Below are positions 63,801 through 64,000 of a DNA stretch of 64,000 bases, piece by piece. The notes beneath the pieces were generated by a model, which made no database searches, was not told where the DNA came from, and saw nothing but the letters and a program-made list of their open reading frames with translations. Positions within the stretch are counted from its first letter, which is position 1. The number at the start of each line of letters is the position of its first letter. Origin of the DNA: Amphiscolops sp. MND2022 (Eukaryota); contig OZ076409.1 of assembly GCA_964187785.1 (NCBI GenBank), positions 3,474,001-3,538,000 on the forward strand. Direction: 5' to 3'. The position numbers and the translations under genes were made by a program.

Positions 63801-64000
63801 CGTGTTCTGTGTATAAAGTGATTGACGAAAAAGAAATATTTTTTGATGAAATTGCTTTTCACGGTGATTCAAGGCTTTCAACATGTTTACTTCGGATGAG
63901 AGTTTTTGTGTTAAAAACCTACTGTCGCATCTCATATGTTATTAGGGCATATGGTAACAGTCTTTTTGTTGTTTTTGAGTAATTTGGGCCCAGCGGTTTG
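60841..64000 (-). mobile_element. Array unit F, subtype 3, cut by the window end
   Basis: F head; body colinear with F1 and F2 but diverged from both. Confidence 0.8.
62025..63370. repeat. About 4 x 336-bp tandem repeat inside F3
   Basis: Anchor at ~62269, 62605, 62941 and 63278. Confidence 0.85.

Larger units (their letters stand above)
11387..64000 (-). mobile_element. Polar head-to-tail array of 23 non-coding cassette-like units joined at CCACCTAGC; continues past the window end
   Basis: Junction CTAG starts at 11391, 12779, 14772, 16758, 18766, 20742, 22019, 24024, 28795, 30073, 32072, 36840, 38825, 40836, 42834, 44828, 46808, 48084, 50083, 52077, 54077, 56075 and 60841. Each is followed ~30-45 bp later by CGTC(G/T)TCGAARGGCATGCCTCGGCATGCCYACRGAC. 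The strand is assigned by analogy to Helitron 3' ends. Confidence 0.92.

Noticed and set aside
11387..64000. Ordinary satellite or higher-order repeat
   Set aside because: The order is aperiodic, unit sizes and bodies differ, and family switches are confined to a 9-bp core.
11387..64000. Artefact from ligation of CTAG-cut fragments or from mis-assembly
   Set aside because: All units have the same orientation and contain uncut internal CTAG sites (e.g. ~12697, ~13616). The shared junction is too short to drive assembler joins. Long-read confirmation is still advisable.
11387..64000. rDNA, 5S, snRNA, spliced-leader or histone tandem gene cluster
   Set aside because: I recognise no rRNA, 5S, U-snRNA, tRNA or histone sequence in any unit. 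An Rfam search would be needed to exclude a divergent small RNA.
11387..64000. True bacterial integron with attC sites
   Set aside because: There is no intI gene, no ORF-bearing cassettes and no RYYYAAC...GTTRRRY boxes at the crossover. The resemblance is architectural only.

Overview
This is AT-rich eukaryotic, probably invertebrate, genomic DNA with no prokaryotic gene organisation. Bases 1-1607 hold the 3' part of one long ORF of unknown function. Bases 1.6-11.4 kb are transposon-derived and include two solo-LTR-like elements with exact 5-bp target-site duplications (3782-5494 and 8185-9821). From 11,387 to the window end there is an uninterrupted, single-orientation array of 23 non-coding units of 1.3, 2.0 or 4.8 kb, belonging to about 9 distinguishable families. 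The order is Z-A-B-C-D-E-C-F-E-G-F-B-C-C-A-H-E-G-A-G'-G-F-F, which is not periodic. Each head type is always followed by the same tail type, while neighbours change freely. Every switch falls inside the same 9-bp core, CCACCTAGC. Both sides of the core carry structurally conserved, co-varying hairpins. On the minus strand the units end in a hairpin followed by CTAG and have asymmetric inverted repeats, resembling Helitron/Helitron2 termini, but the canonical TC start and A|T target are absent. My best reading is an integron-like cassette array built by self-targeting, non-autonomous mobile units, probably via rolling-circle or circular intermediates. No transposase or recombinase is encoded in the window, so the mechanism is inferred. 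All comparisons were made by eye.
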